Shown here: positions 34,654 through 43,859 of the stretch, in pieces | Layout: each line of letters begins with the position of its first letter | Position numbering within the stretch: position 1 is the stretch's first letter | Source: a virus | Reading direction: 5' to 3' (one strand) | Length of the DNA stretch: 48,898 nt | Virus record (IMG/VR): IMGVR_UViG_3300031622_000002 | Span: 1-48,898 of that record | Notes under the pieces: generated by a model | Told to the model about the DNA's origin: nothing | What the model saw: the letters and a program-made list of their open reading frames with translations, nothing else | Database searches by the model: none | Program-made: the position numbers and the translations under genes

Positions 34654-34905
34654 TTACGCGGCTTCTGCGGCTGTAATAGCGGCATTGATGGTGGACATAT
34701 CTTCACTGCCCCAATCATCCATTGCTACGCCACCTGATAAGTATCCTGAACTTCTCATAACACGCTCTTTAACTTCATCGTCTGTCATGTCAGAACAAAA
34801 ATCGTTGTCTGAATCTAGGGCGTTTGTAATAACGCTTACGCTACCTAACATTGCAGAATACATCTGCGCTTTTTCTTCATCGGTTCTTGTTACTTCTTCA
34901 CTCAT
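34654..34905 (-). CDS. Hypothetical acidic protein, 83 aa
   Basis: ORF directly downstream of the tail-fibre gene. D/E-rich. Confidence 0.5.
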   Translation of the reverse strand: MSEEVTRTDEEKAQMYSAMLGSVSVITNALDSDNDFCSDMTDDEVKERVMRSSGYLSGGVAMDDWGSEDMSTINAAITAAEAA

Positions 34906-34911
34906 AATTAT

Positions 34912-37900
34912 TTATCCTTCTAGGGTTTCTATTCGTGCGGTTAATGCTTCAATCAAGGCTTGTTGCTCTTGTATAGCTTTGACTAGGATTGGTACGAACT
35001 TGCTGTACTGTAGACCCATCTGCTTGCCGTCTTCTGTGTGGCTAGAGACTAGGTTGGTTTTGTTGTCTTTGTCGTATCCTGCCGCTATTTCTAGGGCTTC
35101 TACTTCTTGGGCTTTAAAGCCTATGTCCAACCAATCTTCTTTGTGAGTACCATCTGGAGTCTGTGCGTTAAGGTCATAGTCTTCAGCGTACTTGTCGCCA
35201 TAATTGGCTCTTTTATCCCACTTGTAGGTAACAGGTGCTAGGGCTTTTACAAAGTCTAAGCCTAAGTCTAAAGCGGTAAAGTCTGCCTTATCTCGCGCAT
35301 CAGACGCTACTGACCAATCTACTTGGATGTTTGCATGGGTAATGTTTCCATCGCCAAGAACTATCCTATTGTCTGCGGTTACATGGTTACCGCCAGGACT
35401 TCCTGTGCGTCCTGAATCTTTACCTAAAAATAAATTATTACCGCCGCTTGTTAATGCTAAACCTGCGGCATTGCCCATAAGAGTGTTATTTTGACCTGTA
35501 ACAAGAACTCCCGCACTTGACCCTACTGCGGTATTAGAAGAGCCACAGTTAGCTGATAATGCTGAGTACCCAACAGCTACGCATCCTGCACCATCATCAG
35601 TTGCATCACCTGCAAGAGCGCCCACGAATGTGTTAGCTGTGCCTGTGGTTATTGAGTATCCTGCATCGTGACCTACTGCGGTGTTGTACATATCTGTAGC
35701 TGAAGAAGGGTTTTGTGATGCTAAAGCCTCCATACCAACTGCTACTGACTTGCTACCTATTGTATTTGAACCTAGCGAACCAAAACCTACAGCTACGTTA
35801 GCGTCTGCATCAGTAATGGCATCTCCTGCGTTACCACCGATGAGGGTGTTTTGAACGCCTGTTGTAACTGCGGTTCCTGCATTTGACCCTACTGCGGTAT
35901 TGTAAATATTGCCAGACGAATTAACCTGAGCCTTTAAAGCGCGTGTTCCAATTGCTACGTTATTTTGACCGCCTGTTTCAGTGCTTAATGCTTCAAAACC
36001 TACTGCAACATTGTCTGCCGCGGCTTGAAGAGCATCTCCTGCTAATCCACCTATGAGGGTGTTTTGGATGCCTGTGGATACTGAGCCACCTGCAAACATA
36101 CCAACAGCGGTATTATAGGCATCTGTAGCAGATGTAAAGTTTTGAGCAACTAAGGCTTGATAGCCAATAGCTACGCTTCTACTACCTAGAGTATCACCGC
36201 CTAAAGCACCAGAACCAACAGCTACATTGTAATCAGCATCTGTTAGCGCATCACCCGCAAGACTACCAATAAGGGTGTTGTTAACGCCTGTGGTTACTGC
36301 TTTTCCTGCGGAATGACCAAGAGCAGTATTATATCCATTTGCACCTGAACCTAAAGTATGTGTGGCAAGTGCGTCTGTTCCTACTGCTGTATTTTTATCT
36401 GAAACTGTATTTGTTGCGAGTGACCCATGACCAACTGCTACGTTTTGTCCTCCGATTGTTATAGCACCTGCGGCATTATATCCTACTGCTACGTTGTTAT
36501 TGGCTCCTTGCATTGCATCACCTGCTAAACCGCCAATGAGGGTGTTTTGTACGCCTGTGGTTACTGCGTATCCTGCAAAATGACCCACCGCAGTGTTGTA
36601 CATAGTAACGGCTGATGCAGGGTTTTGTGTTCGTAACGCAGATGCTCCAACAGCAACTGACGCGCCTCCTAGAATGTTTGTCCCTAAAGAGTCATAACCA
36701 ATAGCAACATTTTCATCAGCGTCAGTAGTAGCATCACCTGCAAGACCACCAAGGAAAGTATTTTTAACGCCTGTGGTTACTGCGGCTCCTGCTGACATTC
36801 CCACCGCAACATTGTATGCGTCCGTAGAAGATGTAAAGTTTTGCGCTAATAACGCATTCATTCCTACAGCTACCGACCTATTTCCTTTAGTCTCTGCACT
36901 TAAAGCGTTTGCACCAACAACAGTATTATAATCTGCTGTATTTATAGCGTCACCTGCTCCATAGCCTACAAACGTAGAGTAATCACCCGTAGTAATCGCA
37001 GTACCTGCTTCATCGCCTACGACAACATTATAATTACCACCGCTTGTAATGCTGTTACCTGCGTTGACACCAAATCGGACGTTAGAGGTTCCTGCGGTTG
37101 GGGTGGATAGAGAGCCGTCTCCTGCTATTTGAAAACGAGGAGAGTTGTTAGTAGAAAAAATCATTGACCCATTAAAATGATTGTTTAGATGAGCAGTATC
37201 AGAAGAACTGTCGTTATATATGTTAAAACCATTAGAAGATGATTCTTGACTTTTTAATCTTATGCCTGAAGTTGTTGTTCCAATAACGTCTAAAGCTACG
37301 TCAGGTGAGCCAGTTCCTATTCCTACAGCATTATTTTCACCATCAACAAACAGCATATTGGCGTTGCCGTCTGACTCAACGCGGAAGTCTAGGTCTTTGG
37401 AGTTGTCATTAATAACAGTTTCAGTAGCGTTCATTAATATGCGAGATATGCCTTCTTCAGTAGCAAGACTCGTCATTAACTCAAGCCTACCGTCTTCTGT
37501 TGCATTACTTGCATCTACGATTCTAGCTTCTATCTTGGCGTAACCATGTGCTTCTGCCGCATCATTTTTACCATTAAAAGAAATTGTACCTATTGAATCT
37601 CCATCAGCAGGGTTTGCTGATTGCCTATCTAGTACAAGCAAAGGCCCTGCATTTGCATCTGCATCTGTAGAAATAAGGGTTAGCTGTGGGAGGTTGTCGG
37701 CTGTGGTAAATGTTGCAGATGTTGCCGCTATTGTAGAACTAAACGTAGCCGCACCTGCCGCTGTAATTGTAAGTCTGTCGTTATTGCCGCCTGTACCAAT
37801 TACAAAATCATCACTTGTACCTGTGTGCATGACAAACTGGTTAGCTGTGTCGTTTCTAAATGTAATTGAGCCAGAGTTAGCACCGCCAAACCTAATAATA

Positions 37901-40230
37901 TCGTTAGCAGAACTAACATAATCACCGAAGCCGTCTCCGGCTATGCGGAAGCGTTCGCCTCCTGCCGTAGAAAAGCCAAGAATATTTGGATTAATGTTGA
38001 ACATCCCAGTATCAGAATCATCGTGAAAACTATGTGCAGGAGTGGACGCACTTTCACGACCTGTCAAAACTGCTGAGTTTTCAACTCGCATATCTCCGTT
38101 TACTTGTAGAACAGTTGAACCTCCAGATATTGTAGCCCCCCCTATTCCTACCGCATTATTACCACCATCAACAAACAACATATTAGCGTTGCCGTTTGAT
38201 TCGACTCTAAAATCAGAATCAAGGCTATTTTCGTTAAAAACAATATTACCGTTTTGACTAATGTTTATAGCGGGATTTGAAAAAGTTGTACCTTCTGATG
38301 CGGTAGAAGGAACAATTGAGAATGTATTTGATACATGTGTAGCCGCTCCAATCTGCCAATTATATTGACCACTAGCTAATATAAATTGTTGTTTTAGACC
38401 ATTACCACTTTCCCCACCAACTCTTAAAGCGACTCCAGAACCATTTGATGAGTTAACATATGTAAGCCCTGATACATTCAAAGACCCATCAATGTCAGTA
38501 TTATCAAGGTTAGTTGTACCACCTACGTCTAAATCGCCATTGAAGTCTACGTTGCCCGCAACAGTTAAAGTAGAGGCAAGATCAACAGCGCCGTCGATAT
38601 CAACAACATCAAGGTTAGTTACGCCATCTACGTCTATGTCCCCAGAGATGTCTAGGCTTGCCGCAATGATCTCACCGCTTGCGTTGATAGCTCCGTTGAT
38701 ATCAATCGTTGTAGCCGCTATCTGAATCTCTGTGTCAGCGACTATATCTAACTGTCCATCAGTGCTTGAGTTGATGTAGATTGCAGAGTCTCTGAACTGA
38801 ACCTTGTCGGTTGTAGTCAACTCTACGTTAGTTCCACTGGATGTATTGCTTAGTGCAAGTATTTCGGCAAGTGTATCAACCGTGTCTTGTTGTGCGTCTA
38901 CATAGGCTTTAATGCTCTGCTGAGTCGCTAGAGCCGTTGCGCTGTTACCCGACATATCATCTTGGTCTAGGATGTCTGTGACGGTTACAGAGCCTGTGCC
39001 TGATATAGCATCAAATTCTATTGTGCCGTCTACATCTAGATCGCCGTTAAAGTCTACGTTGCCGCCTACTGTAAGAGTTGTAGCAATATCTACAGCACCA
39101 TCAATGTCAACAACGTCAAGGTTGGTTGTTCCATCTACATCTAGGTCGCCATTAAAGTCTACATTGCCTGTAACAAGCAAAGTAGTCGCCATGTTTACTG
39201 CACCATCAATGTCTACAACATCAAGGTTTGTTGTTCCATCTACATCTAAGTCGCCGTTAAAGTCTACGTTACCCGCTACTGCAAGCGTTGTAGCCATATC
39301 TACAGCGCCATCAATGTCAACAACGTCAAGGTTAGTTGTTCCTGCTACATCTAAAGCGCCATCAATATCTACTGCGCCTGAGAAGTCACCTGTAGCCGCA
39401 TCAAGCTCACCGCTCAATGTAATGTTGGTAGCTCCAGTAACTGCACCATTAAGTGCTACAGCACCATTAATATCTACAGTTGTGGCGGCTATTTGAATCT
39501 CAGTGTCTGCAACAATGTCTAGTTGTCCGTCAGCACTAGAGTTAATATAAATAGCTGAATCACGGAACTGTACTTTATCGTCAGTCGATACAGAAATGTC
39601 TGTACCCGCAGTAGTGTTGCTGAGTGCTAAGACTTCGCCGAATGTGTCTACAGTATCTTGCTGTGCATCTACGTAGGCTTTAATAGACTGTTGAGTTGCA
39701 AGGGCTGTAGCACTGTCGCCTGACATATTATCTTGATCTAAAATGTCCGTAACTGTAACTGATCCTGTACCGGATAGACCGTCAAACTCTATAATGCCAT
39801 CTACATCTACGTTGCCTGTTACAGTTATGTTGCCACCGACTGTAAGGTTTCCTGTAGCTGTAAGGCTATCAATGTAAGCGTTCTTGAAACGCAAAGCATT
39901 TGTACCAAGGTCTACATCGCTATCAGTAACCGGATATACTACACCGTCTTCAATGCGTACTTGCTCAACGGCACTACTGCCTACTTGTACAAAAACGCTC
40001 CAACGGTTGTTAGTGCTGTCAACAACTATCTTGTTTAAGAAGTCTTGATCGCCAATTGTATGAATATTACCGCCTTCTCCTGCGCCTCCATCGTGTTGGT
40101 GTCCTGTTGTACCGCTACTAGCATACGCAAAAGATGCGACTAGTTGATTATATTCGGTATTAAAAAGTGAGGCTGTGATTGTATCGCCATCAGCAAAAGT
40201 GCTTTGTCTTGTATAGCTAGTGCCTGACAT
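34912..40230 (-). CDS. Tail fibre/spike, 1772 aa, with C-terminal intramolecular chaperone (peptidase S74) domain
   Basis: N-terminal FADGDTITASLFN...GHQHDG. D(S/L)DFRVES(N/D)GNANMLFVDG(G/E)NNAVGIG occurs twice. About 7 YNTAVG..AG.AVTTG..NTLIGGLAGDA repeats (YadA-head-like). C-terminal SDARDKAD...GLQYSKFVPILVKAIQEQQ chaperone signature. Confidence 0.9.
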   Translation of the reverse strand: MSGTSYTRQSTFADGDTITASLFNTEYNQLVASFAYASSGTTGHQHDGGAGEGGNIHTIGDQDFLNKIVVDSTNNRWSVFVQVGSSAVEQVRIEDGVVYPVTDSDVDLGTNALRFKNAYIDSLTATGNLTVGGNITVTGNVDVDGIIEFDGLSGTGSVTVTDILDQDNMSGDSATALATQQSIKAYVDAQQDTVDTFGEVLALSNTTAGTDISVSTDDKVQFRDSAIYINSSADGQLDIVADTEIQIAATTVDINGAVALNGAVTGATNITLSGELDAATGDFSGAVDIDGALDVAGTTNLDVVDIDGAVDMATTLAVAGNVDFNGDLDVDGTTNLDVVDIDGAVNMATTLLVTGNVDFNGDLDVDGTTNLDVVDIDGAVDIATTLTVGGNVDFNGDLDVDGTIEFDAISGTGSVTVTDILDQDDMSGNSATALATQQSIKAYVDAQQDTVDTLAEILALSNTSSGTNVELTTTDKVQFRDSAIYINSSTDGQLDIVADTEIQIAATTIDINGAINASGEIIAASLDISGDIDVDGVTNLDVVDIDGAVDLASTLTVAGNVDFNGDLDVGGTTNLDNTDIDGSLNVSGLTYVNSSNGSGVALRVGGESGNGLKQQFILASGQYNWQIGAATHVSNTFSIVPSTASEGTTFSNPAINISQNGNIVFNENSLDSDFRVESNGNANMLFVDGGNNAVGIGGATISGGSTVLQVNGDMRVENSAVLTGRESASTPAHSFHDDSDTGMFNINPNILGFSTAGGERFRIAGDGFGDYVSSANDIIRFGGANSGSITFRNDTANQFVMHTGTSDDFVIGTGGNNDRLTITAAGAATFSSTIAATSATFTTADNLPQLTLISTDADANAGPLLVLDRQSANPADGDSIGTISFNGKNDAAEAHGYAKIEARIVDASNATEDGRLELMTSLATEEGISRILMNATETVINDNSKDLDFRVESDGNANMLFVDGENNAVGIGTGSPDVALDVIGTTTSGIRLKSQESSSNGFNIYNDSSSDTAHLNNHFNGSMIFSTNNSPRFQIAGDGSLSTPTAGTSNVRFGVNAGNSITSGGNYNVVVGDEAGTAITTGDYSTFVGYGAGDAINTADYNTVVGANALSAETKGNRSVAVGMNALLAQNFTSSTDAYNVAVGMSAGAAVTTGVKNTFLGGLAGDATTDADENVAIGYDSLGTNILGGASVAVGASALRTQNPASAVTMYNTAVGHFAGYAVTTGVQNTLIGGLAGDAMQGANNNVAVGYNAAGAITIGGQNVAVGHGSLATNTVSDKNTAVGTDALATHTLGSGANGYNTALGHSAGKAVTTGVNNTLIGSLAGDALTDADYNVAVGSGALGGDTLGSRSVAIGYQALVAQNFTSATDAYNTAVGMFAGGSVSTGIQNTLIGGLAGDALQAAADNVAVGFEALSTETGGQNNVAIGTRALKAQVNSSGNIYNTAVGSNAGTAVTTGVQNTLIGGNAGDAITDADANVAVGFGSLGSNTIGSKSVAVGMEALASQNPSSATDMYNTAVGHDAGYSITTGTANTFVGALAGDATDDGAGCVAVGYSALSANCGSSNTAVGSSAGVLVTGQNNTLMGNAAGLALTSGGNNLFLGKDSGRTGSPGGNHVTADNRIVLGDGNITHANIQVDWSVASDARDKADFTALDLGLDFVKALAPVTYKWDKRANYGDKYAEDYDLNAQTPDGTHKEDWLDIGFKAQEVEALEIAAGYDKDNKTNLVSSHTEDGKQMGLQYSKFVPILVKAIQEQQALIEALTARIETLEG
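35430..37040 (-). repeat. About 66-aa degenerate tandem repeats (YNTAVG...NVAVG) within the fibre
   Basis: Roughly seven successive units are visible in the translation. Coordinates are approximate. Confidence 0.7.
38518..39339 (-). repeat. 35-aa repeat TTNLDVVDIDGAVDMATTLAVAGNVDFNGDLDVDG: three tandem copies (39025..39339) plus one dispersed copy (38518..38622)
   Basis: Counted in the translation at aa 298-402 and 537-571. Confidence 0.85.
38689..39792 (-). repeat. About 333-bp segmental duplication inside the fibre gene (39460..39792 and 38689..39021)
   Basis: aa 147-257 and aa 404-514 are near-identical (IEFD(G/A)(L/I)SGTGSVTVTDILDQD..MSG.SATALATQQSIKAYVDAQQDTVDT...QIAATT(V/I)DINGA), offset by 771 bp. 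Confidence 0.85.
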
Positions 40231-40233
40231 TAG

Positions 40234-41841
40234 TTATCTCCGTGTTGATGGCATATAATCTATATACATACCGTTTACTGAAAAAGGTGGGTTCTTATCA
40301 TCTGTTCTTATTCTAAAGCTTACTGAGTATCCACCACCCTGTACTGCTTGGCGAACTAAAGGATCATTAGATGCCCCAAAAATAGTATTGCTAAACAGTG
40401 AAGTGCCAAAAATAGCGGGGGTAGGCACTGCTGTCATCGTATAGTCTAGTGGTTGAGGAACATCATCGTCCTCATAATCATATCGTACTCTTAGTACAGG
40501 CTCTGCAATACCTTCGGGACTAAACGAAAGCTTAACATAGCGCATGTTTTTTCGTGTTCCAAAGTCTCCAAAGTCATAGTTAGGTGTTTTATAAGTTGCA
40601 CGTATATTAGATTCAACGCCTAAATGTACAAAAGAGTTTCCAACATCATGAGTATAAACATATCCTTCGCTATCTCCGTGGAATGTTTTTTCAGTGCCGT
40701 CTGCGCTAAAGCCAGAAGTAATTGCTCTTGCTTGGATACCAAATGTTTCTGACCATGCAAAGCCGCTAGAAGTTAAGGAACCTATAATGCCTTTAGATTC
40801 ATTAGCGGCTTGAGTTGATGTTGTGTAAAAAATTCTGTATTGTGATTTTTGACGCAATACAACACTATCTACAATTAAAGTTGCAATGCTACTTGCTATT
40901 GTTTCAACAACACTTTGTATTTGTCTGCTTACTGAGCCTAACTCAACGTCACCAATACGTGCTGTACCTGCAATTGTTCTTACACCATCAGGACTTAAAA
41001 ATACTAAGTCACCTGCAACTTCTTGAATTGTGTGTTTATCTAAACAACCTACGTTTTTAGTTACTGGTTGGACTGCAATAGACGCAGAATTATTAATATT
41101 TATAAGTTTATAAATACTGTTTTTACAAAATATTACAAGGTCAGAACGGAAGCCACGAACCCCTATTACTTTGTCATCTAGCTTAATGCTTCCTGCACCA
41201 CTTCCTGAAAAACTAGTAATGTCGTCAGTAGCACTATAGTAAATTGTGTTAGGGTTATTAATATCTCCTGCAACTACTAAGTGTCTGTCGTGTACTGTGC
41301 AGGTTGTAGGAAACACAGAACCTGATACTGTTATTTCTTCGGCAAAATATGTTCTATTATTTAATGCTCCAGTGCCTGTCATTTTAAAATAGAAAGGTTT
41401 TGTAGCTGAAGACTCGTCAACTATAACAAGCTCGCCGTAAGTTGTATCGCCTTCGTATACTGCGAAACTACACTGCGATTGATTGGTTCTAGTTAGCGTT
41501 GAGCGGCCTGTAAAGGCTGTATAGTTATCACCGCCACCGGCAACGCTTGCTCTGTTAATCTGTAGCCATGTAGAACCCTCTAGCGTGAAAAAAATGTTTG
41601 TTCCTGAACAAGCTATTAAGCCATCAGCATAAACAAACAATCCTAAAATTGGGTTGTCGCCATTAGGGTTGCTGTTTCCAAATCTTTGAAAGCCGTTAAC
41701 TCTACGATAACCGCCGTCTGTATCGACTTCAAAGTTTTCAAGGTCTGTTGCAAGCCCCGGCTGTGCTAACATTTCAAATTGGTTCAGGTTAGTATTTAAA
41801 CCACCTTTGCACGATAAACCAAAAGGTTGTGAACCGGCCAT
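40234..41841 (-). CDS. Tail structural protein, 535 aa (possible nozzle / tail tubular B analogue)
   Basis: Lies between the adaptor-like gene and the fibre. The N-terminus KGGLNTNLNQFEMLAQPG...GGYRRVNG loosely recalls T7 gp12 N-terminus KGGISQQPD... Confidence 0.45.
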   Translation of the reverse strand: MAGSQPFGLSCKGGLNTNLNQFEMLAQPGLATDLENFEVDTDGGYRRVNGFQRFGNSNPNGDNPILGLFVYADGLIACSGTNIFFTLEGSTWLQINRASVAGGGDNYTAFTGRSTLTRTNQSQCSFAVYEGDTTYGELVIVDESSATKPFYFKMTGTGALNNRTYFAEEITVSGSVFPTTCTVHDRHLVVAGDINNPNTIYYSATDDITSFSGSGAGSIKLDDKVIGVRGFRSDLVIFCKNSIYKLININNSASIAVQPVTKNVGCLDKHTIQEVAGDLVFLSPDGVRTIAGTARIGDVELGSVSRQIQSVVETIASSIATLIVDSVVLRQKSQYRIFYTTSTQAANESKGIIGSLTSSGFAWSETFGIQARAITSGFSADGTEKTFHGDSEGYVYTHDVGNSFVHLGVESNIRATYKTPNYDFGDFGTRKNMRYVKLSFSPEGIAEPVLRVRYDYEDDDVPQPLDYTMTAVPTPAIFGTSLFSNTIFGASNDPLVRQAVQGGGYSVSFRIRTDDKNPPFSVNGMYIDYMPSTRR

Positions 41842-41842
41842 A

Positions 41843-42613
41843 CTATACGAATCTCATTCGGTCATCTTTCATATAAATAGGCGTTGGCCCCATAAGAATA
41901 AGTTTCATATTCTTTAAACCTTTTTTATAATCTTCGTTTGAAAATGCCGCCGCTTGAGCGTTGTCTTTAAATTGATGTACATAATATCGCGCTCTGTTTA
42001 ATAGTACAGCAGAAAACGAATCAGGGAATACTAATACATCAGAGTATGCTGAAAGGGCTGTAGGCTGAACATAAGCAAAGAACCAAATTCTATATACTTT
42101 ATCAGGGATAGCACTAAGCCCAAACTTTCTATTGTCAGGGCTTTTAATTACACGGCTAGGCGTACCATACTGTTGTGTGTCAGCATCGTCTAAGTTTTCA
42201 CTAACTCTAAAAAAATCTTTCCATTCTTCAATTGTTGTAAATTTTAAATTGCGGCTTTCATACGGAGCAGTTTCTCCGGAAACACCGACTGTAGTTAAAT
42301 AGAAATTGTCCCAATCTATATAATTATAATCTGTAGTGAGTGACGAGCTTGCAGGTTTTAGCTCATACCAACGAGTACCTGCTACTGTTTCAACAAATGT
42401 ATTGCCGTACATAGGATCAGTTTCGCCACTTTCTTCTAAAGACAGAAAAGGCCATTGAGGTTCCTCGTTAACAATATCAAAATAAGCTCTATTAATAACG
42501 TCTTTTACGTGCGTCTGTATTCCTACGGAAGAAGAAAAAGAACTAGATGTAAGCTCTACTTCGTTTATTTCGCGTAAGATTTCATTCGCTAAAGTTAAAA
42601 AGGTTGTTGCCAT
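41843..42613 (-). CDS. Tail structural protein, 256 aa (possible adaptor / tail tubular A analogue)
   Basis: Position equivalent to T7 gene 11. Assignment is by synteny only. Confidence 0.4.
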   Translation of the reverse strand: MATTFLTLANEILREINEVELTSSSFSSSVGIQTHVKDVINRAYFDIVNEEPQWPFLSLEESGETDPMYGNTFVETVAGTRWYELKPASSSLTTDYNYIDWDNFYLTTVGVSGETAPYESRNLKFTTIEEWKDFFRVSENLDDADTQQYGTPSRVIKSPDNRKFGLSAIPDKVYRIWFFAYVQPTALSAYSDVLVFPDSFSAVLLNRARYYVHQFKDNAQAAAFSNEDYKKGLKNMKLILMGPTPIYMKDDRMRFV

Positions 42614-42616
42614 GAG

Positions 42617-42784
42617 TTATTTCGCCTTTGTAGTTTTAGTAGGCTTGCCGAATATAGCATCCCAGTTATCATCAAATTTCTTTTTGTTTTCAGGCTTATA
42701 CCAACTTCCTGTATCGCCTAATATCTTTCCTCTCTTCTTGCCTCTCATCATTACAGGCTTTGCATCGCTTCCTACTATAGCCAT
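42617..42784 (-). CDS. 55-aa basic mini-protein with K-F-x-x-N-W-D-A-I-F motif
   Basis: MAIVGSDAKPVMMRGKKRGKILGDTGSWYKPENKKKFDDNWDAIFGKPTKTTKAK. The stop lies 3 nt before the next ATG. The motif is shared with 8093..8272. Confidence 0.5.
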   Translation of the reverse strand: MAIVGSDAKPVMMRGKKRGKILGDTGSWYKPENKKKFDDNWDAIFGKPTKTTKAK

Positions 42785-42803
42785 ATTGTCCTCTCAAAGA
42801 TCA

Positions 42804-42821
42804 GGGGGTTTTTACACCCCC
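42804..42821 (-). terminator. GC-rich hairpin just downstream of the capsid gene (possible partial terminator)
   Basis: The minus strand reads GGGGGTgtaaaaACCCCC followed by TGATCTTTG. The stem is 6 bp and the U-tract is weak. Confidence 0.4.
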
Positions 42822-42837
42822 ATCTCTAATTACTTAC

Positions 42838-43827
42838 TTAGTCAATACCGTAGAACGCAGATACTAATGCGTCTGGGCGTAGAACCTTAGCGCCGTATAC
42901 GTGCAGTCCACGACAGATATCACCAAAGCTATCTGGGTCGCGTAGGACTTCAGTGCTTGTGATGGTCTGTGCAGTTGCAGTAGAGCTAATGTGTCCACAT
43001 ACTACTTGACCTGCCGCGTTGCTTGGAGCGGCGATGTTGTTAGACTTGTACATGTCAAATCCACGTAGCTTGCCAGAAGATACTAATCCGTTGCGGATTC
43101 CACCTTGACCGGCGTTGAAGTCAACAGACATCAACTTAGAGCTAGACTGAGATAGTTGCTCGTAAAAACTAGGTGGAGCTAAGAACCAACGACCTTCTTC
43201 TGGGATGCTTTGCTCGTCAAGTAGACGCGCCATGTGAGCCATCAAGTCAAGAGGGTCATGCTCGTTAGTACCGAAACCCAAATCCAAGTTACCAGTGCCG
43301 TCAAAAGTTCCTGCGGCTATGTCAGTAGCGTTGTCGCTACCAAGGATGTGGTTAGGGCTTGAAGCTGAAACGCCCGCAATAATCTTAGCAATTACGCCTT
43401 CGTCAAATGCGTCACGCAATGCGTAAGCGGCAGATGAAGATGCAACTTCTTTGAAATTTACGTGAGACATAGCAGTTTCGATATCATCAACTTTGAATTT
43501 AAATGCGTTAGCCACATCTACAATCAAAGTAGTTTCAACGTCAGTCAGCTTAGTCTGAGTTACGTCAGCACCACGCTCATATGAATATACAGTGATTTCT
43601 GGCTCTTTGATGATCTTTACAGAGTCACCAAAACCTGCGATTTCACCTGCATAGTCAGTGTTAGTAATTGCTTCTGCTACCGATGCTTTCCGGAAGAAGT
43701 TAAGAACCTTCTTAGAAAAGATTGAGGGCATAAAGAAGCTGTTAGTTTGACCGGAAACTGAGTTACCAAAGTTACCGTTAGTGTCTGTACTTTGCTCAAA
43801 TAGAGCGTCTGAGGCGTTATAAGCCAT
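42838..43827 (-). CDS. Major capsid protein (T7 gp10-like, HK97 fold)
   Basis: 329 aa. TLIVDVANAFKFKVDDIETAMSHVNFKEVASSSAAYALRDAFDEGVIAKIIAG parallels T7 gp10 ITIDGLLTADVLIYDIEDAMNHYDVRSEYTSQLGESLAMAADGAVLAEIAG. Follows the scaffold gene. Confidence 0.9.
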   Translation of the reverse strand: MAYNASDALFEQSTDTNGNFGNSVSGQTNSFFMPSIFSKKVLNFFRKASVAEAITNTDYAGEIAGFGDSVKIIKEPEITVYSYERGADVTQTKLTDVETTLIVDVANAFKFKVDDIETAMSHVNFKEVASSSAAYALRDAFDEGVIAKIIAGVSASSPNHILGSDNATDIAAGTFDGTGNLDLGFGTNEHDPLDLMAHMARLLDEQSIPEEGRWFLAPPSFYEQLSQSSSKLMSVDFNAGQGGIRNGLVSSGKLRGFDMYKSNNIAAPSNAAGQVVCGHISSTATAQTITSTEVLRDPDSFGDICRGLHVYGAKVLRPDALVSAFYGID

Positions 43828-43859
43828 TGTGTGTTACTCCTAAAAAAAGACAATAATAT

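Noticed and set aside
34641-34718. N-terminal extension of the 128-aa ORF (track start at 34718)
   Set aside because: The extension overlaps the upstream gene by 65 nt and encodes MIGAVKICPPSMPLLQPQKPRKRRNK. The internal ATG at 34640 has a strong AAGGAG site and a sensible spacing.
38972-39496. 174-aa plus-strand ORF inside the tail-fibre gene; similar ORFs at 27957..28445, 34685..35146, 21836..22177, 24323..24697, 37262..37543 and 38492..38725
   Set aside because: These are antisense shadows of long, repeat-rich minus-strand genes. Their translations are S/T/P/V low-complexity repeats that mirror the sense-strand repeats.
34912-40230. Diversity-generating retroelement acting on the fibre repeats
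   Set aside because: No reverse transcriptase gene and no template-repeat/variable-repeat pair with adenine-specific differences is evident. The duplications are in-frame segmental repeats.
42612-42890. 92-aa plus-strand ORF between the capsid and tail genes
   Set aside because: It is antisense to the 55-aa coupled ORF and to the capsid stop/hairpin. It is hydrophobic and low in complexity, with no SD.
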